This document shows positions 46,943 to 57,643 of a DNA stretch of 64,000 nt, piece by piece. The stretch lies in assembly GCA_963727455.1 (NCBI GenBank), contig CAVSGG010000005.1, positions 416,001 to 480,000 of the forward strand, written 5' to 3'. The notes beneath the pieces were generated by a model, which saw only the letters and a list, made by a program, of their open reading frames with translations, searched no databases and was not told where the DNA came from. The position numbers and the translations under genes were made by a program. Position 1 is the first letter of the stretch, and the number at the start of each line of letters is the position of its first letter. This stretch comes from Candidatus Krumholzibacteriota bacterium (GTDB lineage Bacteria > Krumholzibacteriota > Krumholzibacteriia > JAJRXK01).

Positions 46943-49416
46943 ACGATCGCTTCACCGAGAGAGTCCGCAAAGTCCTGTTTCTCGCCAGAGATGAGGCGGG
47001 ACGGATGCAGCACGACTACATCGGTACCGAGCACCTGCTGCTCGGGATCATCCGCGAGGGAGAGGGCATTGCGGCCCAGGCTCTCCAGCGCCTCAACATC
47101 GGTTTCGATCAGATTCAGCAAGCGGTCGAAGACATCGTAACCGCCCAAAGCGGTACGCTGACCATCGGCGAGATCCCCTTCACCCCGCGCGCCAAGCGAG
47201 TCCTCGAGCTTTCCATCGACGAAGCGCGCATGCACAACCACAACTACGTGGGCACCGAACACCTTCTGCTCGCCCTGATTCGAGAAGGGGAAGGAGTGGC
47301 GGCGCGTGTTCTGAACGAACTCGGCGCCGATCACGACAAGGTCAAGAAGGAAGTCATGAAGCTCTTGGGCGGCACCGCCAAGGGCGGCACCTCGTCCGGA
47401 AGTTCGCAAAAGAAAGAGACTCCGGTTCTGGATCAGTTCGGCCGCAACCTCAGCCAACATGCGCGTGACGGAAAGCTGGATCCGACCATCGGGCGCGACA
47501 AGGAGATCGAGAGAGTCATTCAGATTCTGTCACGTCGGAAGAAGAACAACCCGGTCCTGATCGGCGAACCCGGTGTGGGCAAGACCGCCATCGCCGAGGG
47601 ATTGGCTCAGACCATCGTGGATGGACGAGCCCCCGAGCTGTTGAAGGACAAGGAGATCATCACGCTCGATCTCGCGAGTGTCGTGGCCGGAACAAAATAT
47701 CGCGGTCAGTTCGAGGAACGGCTCAAGGCAATCATGAACGAGATCCACGAGAGCGAGCACGTCATCCTCTTCATCGACGAGTTGCACACCATCGTGGGGG
47801 CCGGCGGTGCCGAAGGCGCCATCGACGCGTCCAACATGTTCAAGCCCGCTCTGGCTCGTGGGGAAATTCAGTGCATCGGCGCCACCACCCTCGACGAGTA
47901 CCGCAAATTCATCGAGAAGGATGGGGCGCTCGAGCGCCGTTTCCAGTCCATCATGGTGAACCCACCCAGTGAGGACGAGACGGTCGAGATCATTTTCGGA
48001 TTGCGGGACAAGTACGAGCAACACCACCAGGTCCATTTCACGGACGAGGCGATCCGGACCGCGGTTTATTTGAGCGTGCGCTACATCGCCAACCGTAGCC
48101 TGCCGGACAAGGCGATCGACGTCATCGACGAGGCGGGCAGTAGGGCCCGGCTGGCCGCCTCGGCGGTTCCCGGCGATCTGCGCGATCTGGAGAAGAGGAT
48201 CGAGGAACTCTCCGAGCAGAAGGAAGCCGCCATTCTGGGCCAGGAATTCGAGAAGGCGGCGGGCTTCCGGGACGAGGAGAAAGAGCTGCGTATTCAGCTG
48301 GGCAAGCAGCGCAAGACATGGTCGGAGCAGAGAAACGAGGTCAGGACCGAGGTCTCGGCTCGCGATATCAGCGTGGTCATCGCCGACATGACCGGGATCC
48401 CGGTGACCGAGGTCGAGGAGGAGGAGACCGAGAAACTGCTGCGGATGGAGGAGTGCCTGAGAGAATCGATCATCGGCCAGGAGGAAGCCATCTCCGCCGT
48501 GAGCAAGGCGATCCGCCGCAACCGCGCCGGTTTGCGCGATCCGCGGCGCCCCATCGGTTCCTTCGTGTTCTTGGGACCCACCGGGGTCGGAAAGACCGAG
48601 GTAGCGCGTCAACTCACCAAGTTCCTCTTCGACGATCTGAAGAACATGATCCGCATCGACATGTCGGAGTACATGGAGAGGTTCTCGATTTCCCGGCTGG
48701 TGGGAGCACCTCCCGGTTACGTGGGGTACGACGAGGGCGGAATCCTCACCGAGAAAGTGCGGCGCCAACCCTATTCCGTCGTTCTGTTGGACGAGATCGA
48801 GAAGGCCCATCCCGACGTTTTCAACCTGCTGCTGCAGGTGCTCGAGGACGGAGTCCTGACCGATTCCTTCGGGCGCAATGTCGACTTCAAGAACACCGTT
48901 CTCATCATGACGAGCAACGTGGGAAGCCGCAGAGAGGCGCTTCGCAAGAACGTGGGCTTCGATGCTCCCGGCAAGGGGGGCGACGAGAAGACCATGCGCG
49001 CCAACGTGACCGAGGATCTGAGAAAGACCTTCAGCCCCGAGTTCCTCAATCGTATCGACGAGGCCATCATCTTCCATCCGCTGGACCGGGCTCACATGAC
49101 GCGCATCCTGGAGATCCTGCTGCGAGAGATGGAAACTCGCATGGAAAGCCTGGACATCAAACTGATGTATTCACAGGAGGCCAAGGAGTACTTGGTCTCC
49201 ATCGGCTTCGATCCGGAGCTCGGAGCCAGGCCGCTGAGACGAGCCCTACAGCGGCACGTGGAAGATCCCCTCAGCGAGCGCCTCTTGCGCGGTAACATCC
49301 GCAGCGGGGACAGGGTGGAGGTGCGGGTCGTGGAGGACAAGCTGTCCTTCGAGGTGGTGGACCGCGATAAAAAAGGCAAACGGTCCGAGGCGGAGCCAGC
49401 CGGCAACGCCTCGTGA
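46939..49416 (+). CDS. clpC: ATP-dependent Clp protease ATPase subunit ClpC
   Basis: Double Clp-N domain, two AAA+ modules ([16 protein letters not shown]), UVR middle domain, VGF ClpP-binding loop. Confidence 0.95.
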   Translation: MNDRFTERVRKVLFLARDEAGRMQHDYIGTEHLLLGIIREGEGIAAQALQRLNIGFDQIQQAVEDIVTAQSGTLTIGEIPFTPRAKRVLELSIDEARMHNHNYVGTEHLLLALIREGEGVAARVLNELGADHDKVKKEVMKLLGGTAKGGTSSGSSQKKETPVLDQFGRNLSQHARDGKLDPTIGRDKEIERVIQILSRRKKNNPVLIGEPGVGKTAIAEGLAQTIVDGRAPELLKDKEIITLDLASVVAGTKYRGQFEERLKAIMNEIHESEHVILFIDELHTIVGAGGAEGAIDASNMFKPALARGEIQCIGATTLDEYRKFIEKDGALERRFQSIMVNPPSEDETVEIIFGLRDKYEQHHQVHFTDEAIRTAVYLSVRYIANRSLPDKAIDVIDEAGSRARLAASAVPGDLRDLEKRIEELSEQKEAAILGQEFEKAAGFRDEEKELRIQLGKQRKTWSEQRNEVRTEVSARDISVVIADMTGIPVTEVEEEETEKLLRMEECLRESIIGQEEAISAVSKAIRRNRAGLRDPRRPIGSFVFLGPTGVGKTEVARQLTKFLFDDLKNMIRIDMSEYMERFSISRLVGAPPGYVGYDEGGILTEKVRRQPYSVVLLDEIEKAHPDVFNLLLQVLEDGVLTDSFGRNVDFKNTVLIMTSNVGSRREALRKNVGFDAPGKGGDEKTMRANVTEDLRKTFSPEFLNRIDEAIIFHPLDRAHMTRILEILLREMETRMESLDIKLMYSQEAKEYLVSIGFDPELGARPLRRALQRHVEDPLSERLLRGNIRSGDRVEVRVVEDKLSFEVVDRDKKGKRSEAEPAGNAS

Positions 49417-49429
49417 TCCGGGCGGCGAG

Positions 49430-49460
49430 AGGGGCGGGTTCCAGTGAATCCGCCCTTTTG
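49430..49460 (+). terminator. Intrinsic terminator after clpC
   Basis: aggggcgggttc-cagt-gaatccgccc followed by TTTT. Confidence 0.7.
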
Positions 49461-49472
49461 ACCTCCCATAGG

Positions 49473-49501
49473 TTGACCGCCGCCAGGCCTGCGCTTACCT
49501 T
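49473..49501 (+). promoter_or_regulatory. Putative sigma70 promoter for the bamA operon
   Basis: TTGACC-N17-TACCTT. Confidence 0.55.
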
Positions 49502-49529
49502 CCCCTCTCATTTGGTGGCGGACGAAATG

Positions 49530-49554
49530 GGAACCCTTCCCTTCGCCTGACGTA
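49530..49554 (+). promoter_or_regulatory. Putative ECF sigma promoter for the bamA operon
   Basis: GGAAC-N16-CGTA, same as 20741-20765. Confidence 0.6.
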
Positions 49555-49610
49555 CACCAGTTTAGGCCAGCCCCGCGTACAGTCTTGAACCCTAGGTCTT
49601 CTATTAGCGA

Positions 49611-51923
49611 ATGAACGCAATTCCGCCTTTGCGTGCCCGGTCCTGGGTCCTTGCCTTGGTAGTCGCGGCAGTCCTGATCTCGTCAGCCTCGCAAGCGCAG
49701 GCGACGAGACTCGTACGTATTCGGGTAGTGGGAGTCAGCACGGTGACGGCGGACCAGGTCGTCGCGTGGAGCGGCCTCGAGGCGGGCAAGGAGATCTCCA
49801 AGGAGGGGATTTCCGCCGCGGTGAGGAAGCTCGCGGCCCTGAACAAGTTCAGCGAGATCTTCGCCTACAAGAACGAGGTCAAGGGCGGCATCGAGCTCAT
49901 CCTGAACCTCTCGGAGTATCCCCGGCTGGCTGGCATCGAGTTCTCCGGAGCGAAAGAACTCAAGCCGAAGGATCTCAAGGAAGAGATCGACCTGAGGGTG
50001 GGTGACTTTCTCACTCCGGGGGCGGTCACGCGCGCGAAGCTGAAGCTCAAGGACAAGTATCAATCCGAGGGCTACTTCAACGCCACCGTCAACACCGACT
50101 CGACCACCTTCTCCGCCGGTGGTCGCCAGACTCTGGTGTTCAAGATCGTCGAGGGCAAGAAGGTGAAGGTCCACTCCATCAAGATCGAGGGCAACCATCA
50201 GGTCAGCGCGGATGACCTGCGCCACGGGTGGAAGACGAAAACGGACAACTGGATTCGTAGTGGCACCTTCAAACGTCCGGAGTTCGAGGAAGATTTGCAA
50301 AAGCTGGTAGACAACTATCGCGACAAGGGCTTCCTGGACGCACAGGTCTTGGACCAGCGCAAGGATTTCGTCGAGGACGGCAAGAAACTCGATATTACCA
50401 TCAAGGTGAGCGAGGGGCCCCAGTATGAGGTGGGGAAACTCAGCTGGGAGGGGAATACCGTCTTCCCCGACGATAGAATCGCTTCGGTGATCACCCTGCG
50501 GACCGGCAGCGTGTTCAGCGAATCCGTGTTCCAGGAGACGGTGCAGGCCCTCAACAGTCTCTACTGGGAAGCCGGGTACATCTACATCACGGTGGAGCCC
50601 ACACGCGACATCCAAGGGCACGTAGTGAACGTGCACTTCAAGTTCCGCGAAGGCAAGCCGGCCAGCGTTCACGACATCATCATCACGGGCAACACCAAGA
50701 CTCACGAGACGGTGGTGCGCCGGGAGCTACGAATTCGTCCGGGTGAGCTCTTCGTGAGCAGCCGTCTGCAAGACAGCCAGCGACGCGTTTTCCAGCTCGG
50801 TTTCTTCGAGGACGTCCAGGTGGATTTCAAACCGGCTACGCCCGACGGTGACATCGACCTCATCCTGAACGTCAAAGAGAAACAAACCGGGCAGTTCAGC
50901 ATGGGCATGGGATTCTCGCAGCAGAGCCGGGCCACGGGCTTCTTGCAGGTCGGAGAAACCAATCTGTTCGGGACCGGCAACGCCTTGCAGTTCTCCTGGC
51001 AGTTCGGATCGCGCGCGAGTTACCTGAACCTCAGCTACACCATGCCCTGGTTCAGGGGGACGCCCACTCTTTTGGGGATTGACGCGTTCAACCGTTTCAG
51101 CAACCAGGTGAACGACTATTATGATACCCGGGTCAAAGGCGGAGCCATTCGCCTGGGCCGGCCCATCCCCGGTACGCGCTACAGCCGAGCCAGCGTGCGC
51201 TACAGCTACTCGCTGACCACGCTGAGTAATTTCGATCCGGCGTATGTGAGGACTCTGGATCAGCTGGAGCGTCAGCAGGGGCAGACTGGACTCCAGCGTC
51301 TGGACAAAACGGATTGGCCGCAGACTCGGAGTACACTGACCCTGTCGCTCTCGCGAAACAGCACCGACAGTCCGTTTTTTCCTACCAGCGGGAGCAGCGC
51401 AGTAGTGCGCTACGAGCTGAACGGCGGGCCTTTGGGGGGAGATCTGAACTTCCATCGGATCGAGGCCAACTACGACTTCTATCAAGCCCTACCCTGGAAA
51501 TTCGTGTTCCACGTGGGCAATGTTGCCGGCTGGCTGAGTGCATTCGGGAAAACCTCCGAGGTTCCCGACTACGAGAAATTCCGCCTCGGGGGCAACCGTC
51601 TCTACGCGCTGCGCGGTTACCGCGACCTGGAGGTCGTGCCCCGCGGCAATCTGAACTTCGTGGGAGGCGAGTTCTTCACCACCCTCACCACTGAGATGCT
51701 CTATCCACTCACCAAGGCGGTGCAGCTGGTGGGCTTCGTGGATCAAGGGGATACCTGGAATTCGTTCTCCGAGGCCGATCTCACCAATCTGCGGAAGGGA
51801 GCGGGCTTTGGCGTGCGCCTGGAGGTTCCGCTGGTAGGACGGGTAGGACTTGACTACGGTTACGGATTCAACAAGGCGAATCCCTCCTGGGAGACGCATT
51901 TCAACTTCGGGGCCTTCTTCTAG
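49611..51923 (+). CDS. bamA: Outer membrane protein assembly factor BamA
   Basis: Signal peptide, POTRA repeats (GNTKT...RREL), LRGY loop motif, C-terminal Phe. Confidence 0.95.
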   Translation: MNAIPPLRARSWVLALVVAAVLISSASQAQATRLVRIRVVGVSTVTADQVVAWSGLEAGKEISKEGISAAVRKLAALNKFSEIFAYKNEVKGGIELILNLSEYPRLAGIEFSGAKELKPKDLKEEIDLRVGDFLTPGAVTRAKLKLKDKYQSEGYFNATVNTDSTTFSAGGRQTLVFKIVEGKKVKVHSIKIEGNHQVSADDLRHGWKTKTDNWIRSGTFKRPEFEEDLQKLVDNYRDKGFLDAQVLDQRKDFVEDGKKLDITIKVSEGPQYEVGKLSWEGNTVFPDDRIASVITLRTGSVFSESVFQETVQALNSLYWEAGYIYITVEPTRDIQGHVVNVHFKFREGKPASVHDIIITGNTKTHETVVRRELRIRPGELFVSSRLQDSQRRVFQLGFFEDVQVDFKPATPDGDIDLILNVKEKQTGQFSMGMGFSQQSRATGFLQVGETNLFGTGNALQFSWQFGSRASYLNLSYTMPWFRGTPTLLGIDAFNRFSNQVNDYYDTRVKGGAIRLGRPIPGTRYSRASVRYSYSLTTLSNFDPAYVRTLDQLERQQGQTGLQRLDKTDWPQTRSTLTLSLSRNSTDSPFFPTSGSSAVVRYELNGGPLGGDLNFHRIEANYDFYQALPWKFVFHVGNVAGWLSAFGKTSEVPDYEKFRLGGNRLYALRGYRDLEVVPRGNLNFVGGEFFTTLTTEMLYPLTKAVQLVGFVDQGDTWNSFSEADLTNLRKGAGFGVRLEVPLVGRVGLDYGYGFNKANPSWETHFNFGAFF

Positions 51924-51950
51924 GCTTCCGCAGACGAGGAGAGTCGAGCT

Positions 51951-52502
51951 ATGAGACTCATACAACGAATCACCACTCTGTTCCTTCTCACGGCGCTTTC
52001 TGTCCTGGCCTTCGCGGGATCGGCTCGGGCCGACGAGAAGAACCTGAAGATCGGAACCATCGACAGTCAGCGGATTTTCCGGGAGTACCAGGAAGCCAAG
52101 GACGCGGAGGCGGTTTTCCAGGACGAAATGAAGCAGTGGCAGGAGGATCTCCAGGGAATGGAGCGCGAGATTCTCTCCCTGCAGGAGAAGATTCGTTCGC
52201 AGCAGCTGCTTCTTTCCCAGGACAAGCTCAACGAACTCCAGAGCCAACTGGATGAGAAGAGCCAGGCCTATGACAAGAAGCGCAGCGAGATCCTGGACCC
52301 CAACAACGGTCTGGCGGTGAAGCGAAATCAGGAGCTCAGCCAGCCGATCAACGACCAGATCACTTTGGTGGTCGAGCGCCTGGGATCCGAGGGCGGGTAC
52401 GACCTCATTCTGGATACGGCCACGGTCAATATCGTCTATCAGAACAAGGACTTGGATCTGACAGACAAGGTTTTGGAAGAACTGGAAAAGTCGGGAAAGT
52501 AG
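51951..52502 (+). CDS. skp: Periplasmic chaperone Skp/OmpH
   Basis: Signal peptide, KIGTID, coiled coil, YDLILD, DLTDKVL; between bamA and lpxD. Confidence 0.9.
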   Translation: MRLIQRITTLFLLTALSVLAFAGSARADEKNLKIGTIDSQRIFREYQEAKDAEAVFQDEMKQWQEDLQGMEREILSLQEKIRSQQLLLSQDKLNELQSQLDEKSQAYDKKRSEILDPNNGLAVKRNQELSQPINDQITLVVERLGSEGGYDLILDTATVNIVYQNKDLDLTDKVLEELEKSGK

Positions 52503-52636
52503 CGGTCGAGCATTGGGATTTGACATTGTGCAGACGAGCTGCCAGCATGAATCGGCGTCATGCGCGAAGAGGGGCCGCCTTGGCCCCTTCGACGTATGGT
52601 CCCCTATTCGCCCGTCCCCGCCGAGGAGGCCGTAGA

Positions 52637-53692
52637 GTGGAGTCAATCGAATTACGGGAGCTAGCGGAGCGGATCGGCGGCCGCCTGGAGGGCAGCAGCA
52701 ACCCGCTCATCTGCGGCGTCGCGGGGATCCGTGAGGCGCAAACGGGGGAGATCACCTTTCTCGCCCACGCGCGGTATCTCAACTACCTGGACGGTACCGC
52801 GGCTTCGGCTCTCATCTGCCGGCCCGATCTGAAGACGAGCCTGCCCACGATTCGCATGGACGACCCGCACTTGGGCTTCTTGCGCTCCATCGAGTTGTTC
52901 TGTGAACCCAAGCAAAACTACTTCGCCGAGGGAATCGATGCGAGCGCGCGAGTGCACGAGACCGCGACCCTCAAGAAGGGTGTGAGAGTCGGTCCCGGCG
53001 CGATCATCGGGGAAGGCTGTGTGGTGGGGGAGCACACTATCGTGGGATCGGGCGTGGTGGTCATGCCGAAGGTCAAGATCGGCAGCCGCTGCCTCCTCTA
53101 CCCGAACGTCGTGGTGCGTGAAGAGTGCCAAATAGGTGACAGGGTCATTTTGCACGCGGGAGCGATCATCGGAAGCGACGGCTTCGGATACGCCAAACAG
53201 GCCGGCTCTTACCATAAGGTGCCGCAGATTGGCAGGGTCATCATCGAGGACGACGTGGAGATCGGCGCCAACAGCTGCGTCGATCGCGCCACCGTGGGAC
53301 GTACTGTGATCGGAACCGGAACCAAGATCGACAACTTGGTGCAGATCGCGCACAACGTCACCATCGGCCGGCACACGGTGATCTCGGCGCAGACGGGAAT
53401 CTCCGGGTCCACCAGCGTCGGAAACGACGTGATGATGGCAGGTCAAGTGGGCGTGGTGGGTCACATCAGTATCGGAGACGATGTGCGTATCGGCGCTCAG
53501 AGCGGCATCTCCAAAGACATCCCCGAAGGAGAGCAGTGGTTCGGCTATCCGGCGCGCAATTCGCGCGAGGCCCGCAGACTTCTGGTTCATTACAATCGTC
53601 TGGAACGCTACGCGGAAGAGATCAGCGATTTGAAGCGCCGTATCCAAGAGCTGGAGAAGTCGAAGAGTGCTGCGTCAACAACGAACTCTTAA
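52637..53692 (+). CDS. lpxD: UDP-3-O-acyl-glucosamine N-acyltransferase
   Basis: Hexapeptide repeats, GSDGFGY, KIDNLVQIAHN; AGGAGG RBS before GTG 52637. Confidence 0.96.
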   Translation: MESIELRELAERIGGRLEGSSNPLICGVAGIREAQTGEITFLAHARYLNYLDGTAASALICRPDLKTSLPTIRMDDPHLGFLRSIELFCEPKQNYFAEGIDASARVHETATLKKGVRVGPGAIIGEGCVVGEHTIVGSGVVVMPKVKIGSRCLLYPNVVVREECQIGDRVILHAGAIIGSDGFGYAKQAGSYHKVPQIGRVIIEDDVEIGANSCVDRATVGRTVIGTGTKIDNLVQIAHNVTIGRHTVISAQTGISGSTSVGNDVMMAGQVGVVGHISIGDDVRIGAQSGISKDIPEGEQWFGYPARNSREARRLLVHYNRLERYAEEISDLKRRIQELEKSKSAASTTNS

Positions 53693-54980
53693 GGCACCGG
53701 TAGAATTTGACGGAATCGGGCTTCACACCGGCGAAAAGGCGCGCGTCCGATTCGTTCCCGCCGAGCCCAATCACGGACTACAGTTCAGAGTGCGCAGGGG
53801 AGAAGATTGGGTGGTCATTCCCGCGAATGTGGATTCCATCCAGGACGATCAGCCTTTCCAGCGCAATACCACACTGCGCGGCGGTGGAGTAGAGATTCAC
53901 ACTGTCGAGCACGTGCTGGCCTCCCTCTATGGACTTCGGATCGACAACGCGTGGATCGAACTGGATGCTTCCGAGCCACCGGAGCCGGAGGAAGGATCCT
54001 GTCGCGCCTTCGTGGACAAGTTGCTCGAAGTTGGCATCGTCGAGCAGGGCGTTCCGGTCGTCTATTACGAGGTGAAGCGGCCGGTCCAATGGAGTCAGGG
54101 ACAGATCGGAATTACCGCCATCCCCTACGATGGTTTCCGGCTCAGCTTCACCATTCAATACGACAACTCGGTGATCGGAACTCAGTATGGCAGCTATGCC
54201 ATCACACCCGAATCCTTCGCCAAGGAAATCGCGCCCAGCCGGACCTTTGCTCTCAAGCGGGAAATCGACCACCTGCAGGCGATGGGACTCATCAAGGGGG
54301 GAACCTATCGCAATGCGCTGGTGGTAGACGAAGACCGAGTCCTGAACGACGAAGGATTGCGTTTCCCCGACGAGTTCGTCCGGCACAAGATCCTGGACCT
54401 GTTGGGGGACTTGGCGCTCCTGGGCATGCCGATCAAGGGTCACGTCATCAGCCTGAAGAGCGGTCACGAGACGAACGTGCGCTTCGTGCGGCGTCTTGCT
54501 TCCTTGGAAAAGCGTCGGATGGGCATTTATCCGGCGAAGAAACCGACCTACTGGGACATCAGCGCTCTCATGGAGTTCTTGCCCCATCGCTATCCGTTCC
54601 TGCTCATCGATCGAGTACTCGAAGTGGAACCGGGGAAGCGCGCGAGAGGCCTCAAGAACGTCACGATCAACGAGCCCTTCTTTCGGGGCCATTTCCCGGG
54701 GCATCCGATCATGCCCGGAGTATTGATCGTGGAGTCCATGGCGCAATTGGGCGGTGTGTTGCTGCTCAGCATGATCGAGCAACCGGAGACCAAACTCGTA
54801 TATTTTTCTTCAATCGACAAAGCCCGTTTCCGCAAACCGGTTTTGCCCGGTGATCAGTTGATCATCGATCTCACGCTGGTTCGTTTTCGGCGGAACACTT
54901 GCAAGATGGCCGCCTTCGCAACCGTGGACGGCGAACGCGTGGCCGAGGCGGAGATGTTAGCGGCAATCGTGAACCGTTAG
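53667..54980 (+). CDS. lpxC-fabZ: Bifunctional LpxC deacetylase / FabZ dehydratase fusion
   Basis: GIGLHTG, TVEH, RHKILDLLGD (LpxC), then LPHRYPFLLID, GHFPGHPIMPGVL (FabZ). Confidence 0.95.
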   Translation: MLRQQRTLKAPVEFDGIGLHTGEKARVRFVPAEPNHGLQFRVRRGEDWVVIPANVDSIQDDQPFQRNTTLRGGGVEIHTVEHVLASLYGLRIDNAWIELDASEPPEPEEGSCRAFVDKLLEVGIVEQGVPVVYYEVKRPVQWSQGQIGITAIPYDGFRLSFTIQYDNSVIGTQYGSYAITPESFAKEIAPSRTFALKREIDHLQAMGLIKGGTYRNALVVDEDRVLNDEGLRFPDEFVRHKILDLLGDLALLGMPIKGHVISLKSGHETNVRFVRRLASLEKRRMGIYPAKKPTYWDISALMEFLPHRYPFLLIDRVLEVEPGKRARGLKNVTINEPFFRGHFPGHPIMPGVLIVESMAQLGGVLLLSMIEQPETKLVYFSSIDKARFRKPVLPGDQLIIDLTLVRFRRNTCKMAAFATVDGERVAEAEMLAAIVNR

Positions 54981-54990
54981 AGGATCAGTG

Positions 54991-55788
54991 ATGAGCACCG
55001 ACAAGTCGCAAGATTTGGGACCTCTCATTCATCCCACTGCCATCATCGACAGCAGGGCTGAACTCGCCTCGGACGTGCGCGTCGGTCCCTACTCCATCAT
55101 CGGTCCCTACGTTCGCGTCGATGAGGGAACCGAGATCAGGGGTCACGTCGTTCTCGAGGGCAAGCTGCACGTCGGAAAACGAAACCGCATTTATACCGGA
55201 GCGGTGTTGGGTACGCCACCTCAGGACTTGAAATACCGGGGAGAGGTTTGCTCCGCTGAAATTGGCGATGACACGACCATCCGGGAATACGCCAGTCTGA
55301 ACGTCGCAACGACGCCCGAGGGCATTACCAGAGTGGGCGATCACTGTCTGCTCATGACCTACTCGCACGTGGCCCACAACTGTTCCATCGGCAATAACGT
55401 CATCATTGCCAACGCCACTCAGCTCGGAGGCCACGTTCACATTGCGGATTGGGCCATCGTGGGTGGAGTCGTGGGGGTTCATCAGTTCTCGGTCGTCGGC
55501 GCTCACGCTTTCGTGGGCGGAGCGAGCCGCCTGGTGGTCGATGTTCCACCCTTCGTCCGTGCCGCGGGAAGTCCGCTCAAAGCGGGAGGAATCAACTCCA
55601 TGGGGCTGCGCCGGCGCGGATTCAGCGATGCGCGCATTGCGGCCGTGAAGGAAGCCTACCGATCGCTGTACCGCCGCGGCCTCACGATCCAGGAGGCCAA
55701 GAAGAAGATCCAGGAATGTGGGGATGATCTCATCGCCGAGGCATTCGAGGACTTCTTCGCGCGGAGCCACCGCGGTATCTGCCGCTGA
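54991..55788 (+). CDS. lpxA: UDP-N-acetylglucosamine O-acyltransferase
   Basis: IHPTAII, PQDLKY, HVAHNC, GVHQF. Confidence 0.96.
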   Translation: MSTDKSQDLGPLIHPTAIIDSRAELASDVRVGPYSIIGPYVRVDEGTEIRGHVVLEGKLHVGKRNRIYTGAVLGTPPQDLKYRGEVCSAEIGDDTTIREYASLNVATTPEGITRVGDHCLLMTYSHVAHNCSIGNNVIIANATQLGGHVHIADWAIVGGVVGVHQFSVVGAHAFVGGASRLVVDVPPFVRAAGSPLKAGGINSMGLRRRGFSDARIAAVKEAYRSLYRRGLTIQEAKKKIQECGDDLIAEAFEDFFARSHRGICR

Positions 55789-55799
55789 GTGTTCCCGCC

Positions 55800-56945
55800 A
55801 TGACCGCGAAGGCAGACAGCGTTCTCATCTCTTGTGGGGAACCGAGCGGCGAGAACTACGCGAGTGATTTGGCGCGCCAGCTGAAAATCGAGAGACCCGA
55901 ATTGTGGCTGGTGGGTGTGGGCGGCTCTCGCCTCCAGGAGCAAGTCGGAGAGATCTGGGCCGGGCTGGAGGAGCTCTCGGTCATGGGCTTCGCCGAAGTC
56001 ATTCGCCATCTCCCGCGTTTGCGCCGCTTGAGGGAAAAGATCGCCGAGCGCGCCCGTGAAGAGGGTATCAAACTTCTGGTTGCGGTCGACTATCCCGGAT
56101 TTCATCTCAGCCTGGCTGGCGCGATGAAGAAGCGCGGCATCAAGACTCTCCACTACATTCCGCCCAAGACCTGGTCCTGGGGTGCGTGGCGCAACCGCGC
56201 GCTCCGGGCGAGCGTTCATCGCTGCGCCGTCATCTTTCCCTTCGAGGAGGGCTACTACCGCCAGCGTGGAATCGACGCCACTTTCGTGGGGCATCCTCTT
56301 CTCGATCAACACGCTGCCGTGCTGCACAGAGGCAAGACACGGCGTGAGGGACTTCTCCTCGTTCCGGGCAGTCGGCCACAGGAAATTCGTCGTATCGGTC
56401 CCAGCATGGCCGAGGCCGCACGACGTTTGCGCGCCGAGGGGGCAGTGGATCGGGTTCGCGTGAGCCGCGCGCCCGGTCTTCCTGTTGAACTCCTGGCCGA
56501 AATGGCGCAGCTCTGTCCCTCATTGGAGATCGTCGAGGGCCCCCTGATCGAGCACCTGATTTCGGCGGAAGTCGCGATCGTTTGCAGCGGTACCGCCAGC
56601 GTGGAAACCGCCCTTTCCAGGACCCCGCATGCTATCGTCTATCGCACTTCCAGACTGACCTACGCGGTGGCGCGGCAACTGGCTACGGTGGAGGCCATCG
56701 GAATGTCCAATATCGTTCTGGGAAGGACCGCGTTCCCCGAGTTCTTGCAGAAAGAGCTGCATCCGGAGAGCCTGGTAGCTGCGATGCGAAAGCTCCTCGA
56801 TCCGCACTCCGCGGAGCGCTTGCGGCAGGAGCGCGCCTTCGATGAGCTCTTCCGGTGCCTGGGGAAGGGCGAGGGTGCGGCGCGAAATGTCGCGCGAATG
56901 GCCCTGCAGATGCTCGACGAGGAGCCCAGCGAAACCGTATATTGA
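55800..56945 (+). CDS. lpxB: Lipid-A-disaccharide synthase
   Basis: GEPSG, VDYPGF, FPFE, VGHPL, PGSR, SGT. Confidence 0.94.
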   Translation: MTAKADSVLISCGEPSGENYASDLARQLKIERPELWLVGVGGSRLQEQVGEIWAGLEELSVMGFAEVIRHLPRLRRLREKIAERAREEGIKLLVAVDYPGFHLSLAGAMKKRGIKTLHYIPPKTWSWGAWRNRALRASVHRCAVIFPFEEGYYRQRGIDATFVGHPLLDQHAAVLHRGKTRREGLLLVPGSRPQEIRRIGPSMAEAARRLRAEGAVDRVRVSRAPGLPVELLAEMAQLCPSLEIVEGPLIEHLISAEVAIVCSGTASVETALSRTPHAIVYRTSRLTYAVARQLATVEAIGMSNIVLGRTAFPEFLQKELHPESLVAAMRKLLDPHSAERLRQERAFDELFRCLGKGEGAARNVARMALQMLDEEPSETVY

Positions 56946-56953
56946 GTGCTACC

Positions 56954-57643
56954 GTGGATGACCTGTCGAAACCCGCTTTTGATCCGCGCATTTCCCCCCT
57001 GCGTGTGGTCTATGCTCTTCTGCGCAAGAGCGTGCGGATTCGTATGGAGGGGCAGATCGAGCTACTCGAGCGAGCCCGGAAGGGCGAAGCCATGATCTTC
57101 GCCTCGCGGCACGGGCAACTTCTTCCGCTGCTCTTCGCGGTGGAGCGCTATGGCTTGAGCATCGTGATCAGCAGGAGCCGCGATGGCGAGCTTTTGGCGG
57201 CTTTGCTGCGTCCCTATGGCTTCCACTTCGTGAGGGGCAGCACCTCCTTGGGCGGTCGTGTTGCCGCTCTGGCGGCTCTGCGAACTCTGGCGCGGGGCGA
57301 GAGCCTGGGTCTAGCAGTGGACGGACCTCACGGACCGCGCGGAATCGTCCAGGAGGGGGTTCTGCGCCTAGCGCGGCGCGCGGCAGTGCCCATCGTGCCT
57401 CTGGTGGCCACGGGAGGATCCAAAGTCGTGCTGCGCAAGTCCTGGGATCATTTCGAACTCCCCCTACCAGTGAGCCGGGTGCGGGTGCAGGTCAAGAGCC
57501 CCGTATTGGTCGGCGAGGGAGCGCAGGGTCTGGATGCAGCCGGGCGATCCCTGGCGCGGCAGCTCGAAGGAAACTGGCGGGATGAACTGCTGCTTCAACC
57601 ACAACCTCCCGCTCATTCCACTTATGGACATACTGGATCATAG
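56954..57643 (+). CDS. DUF374 / LpxJ-like acyltransferase (start uncertain)
   Basis: ISRSRDGE, VRGS, AVDGPHGP, SWDHFELPLP motifs. Confidence 0.8.
   Translation: MDDLSKPAFDPRISPLRVVYALLRKSVRIRMEGQIELLERARKGEAMIFASRHGQLLPLLFAVERYGLSIVISRSRDGELLAALLRPYGFHFVRGSTSLGGRVAALAALRTLARGESLGLAVDGPHGPRGIVQEGVLRLARRAAVPIVPLVATGGSKVVLRKSWDHFELPLPVSRVRVQVKSPVLVGEGAQGLDAAGRSLARQLEGNWRDELLLQPQPPAHSTYGHTGS

Noticed and set aside
47530-49095. Long antisense ORFs (521 aa here; also 59574-61178, 26733-28118, 8383-9717, 43272-44531, 501-1676)
   Set aside because: They shadow well-conserved + strand genes, have no recognisable motifs, and are expected from high-GC codon bias
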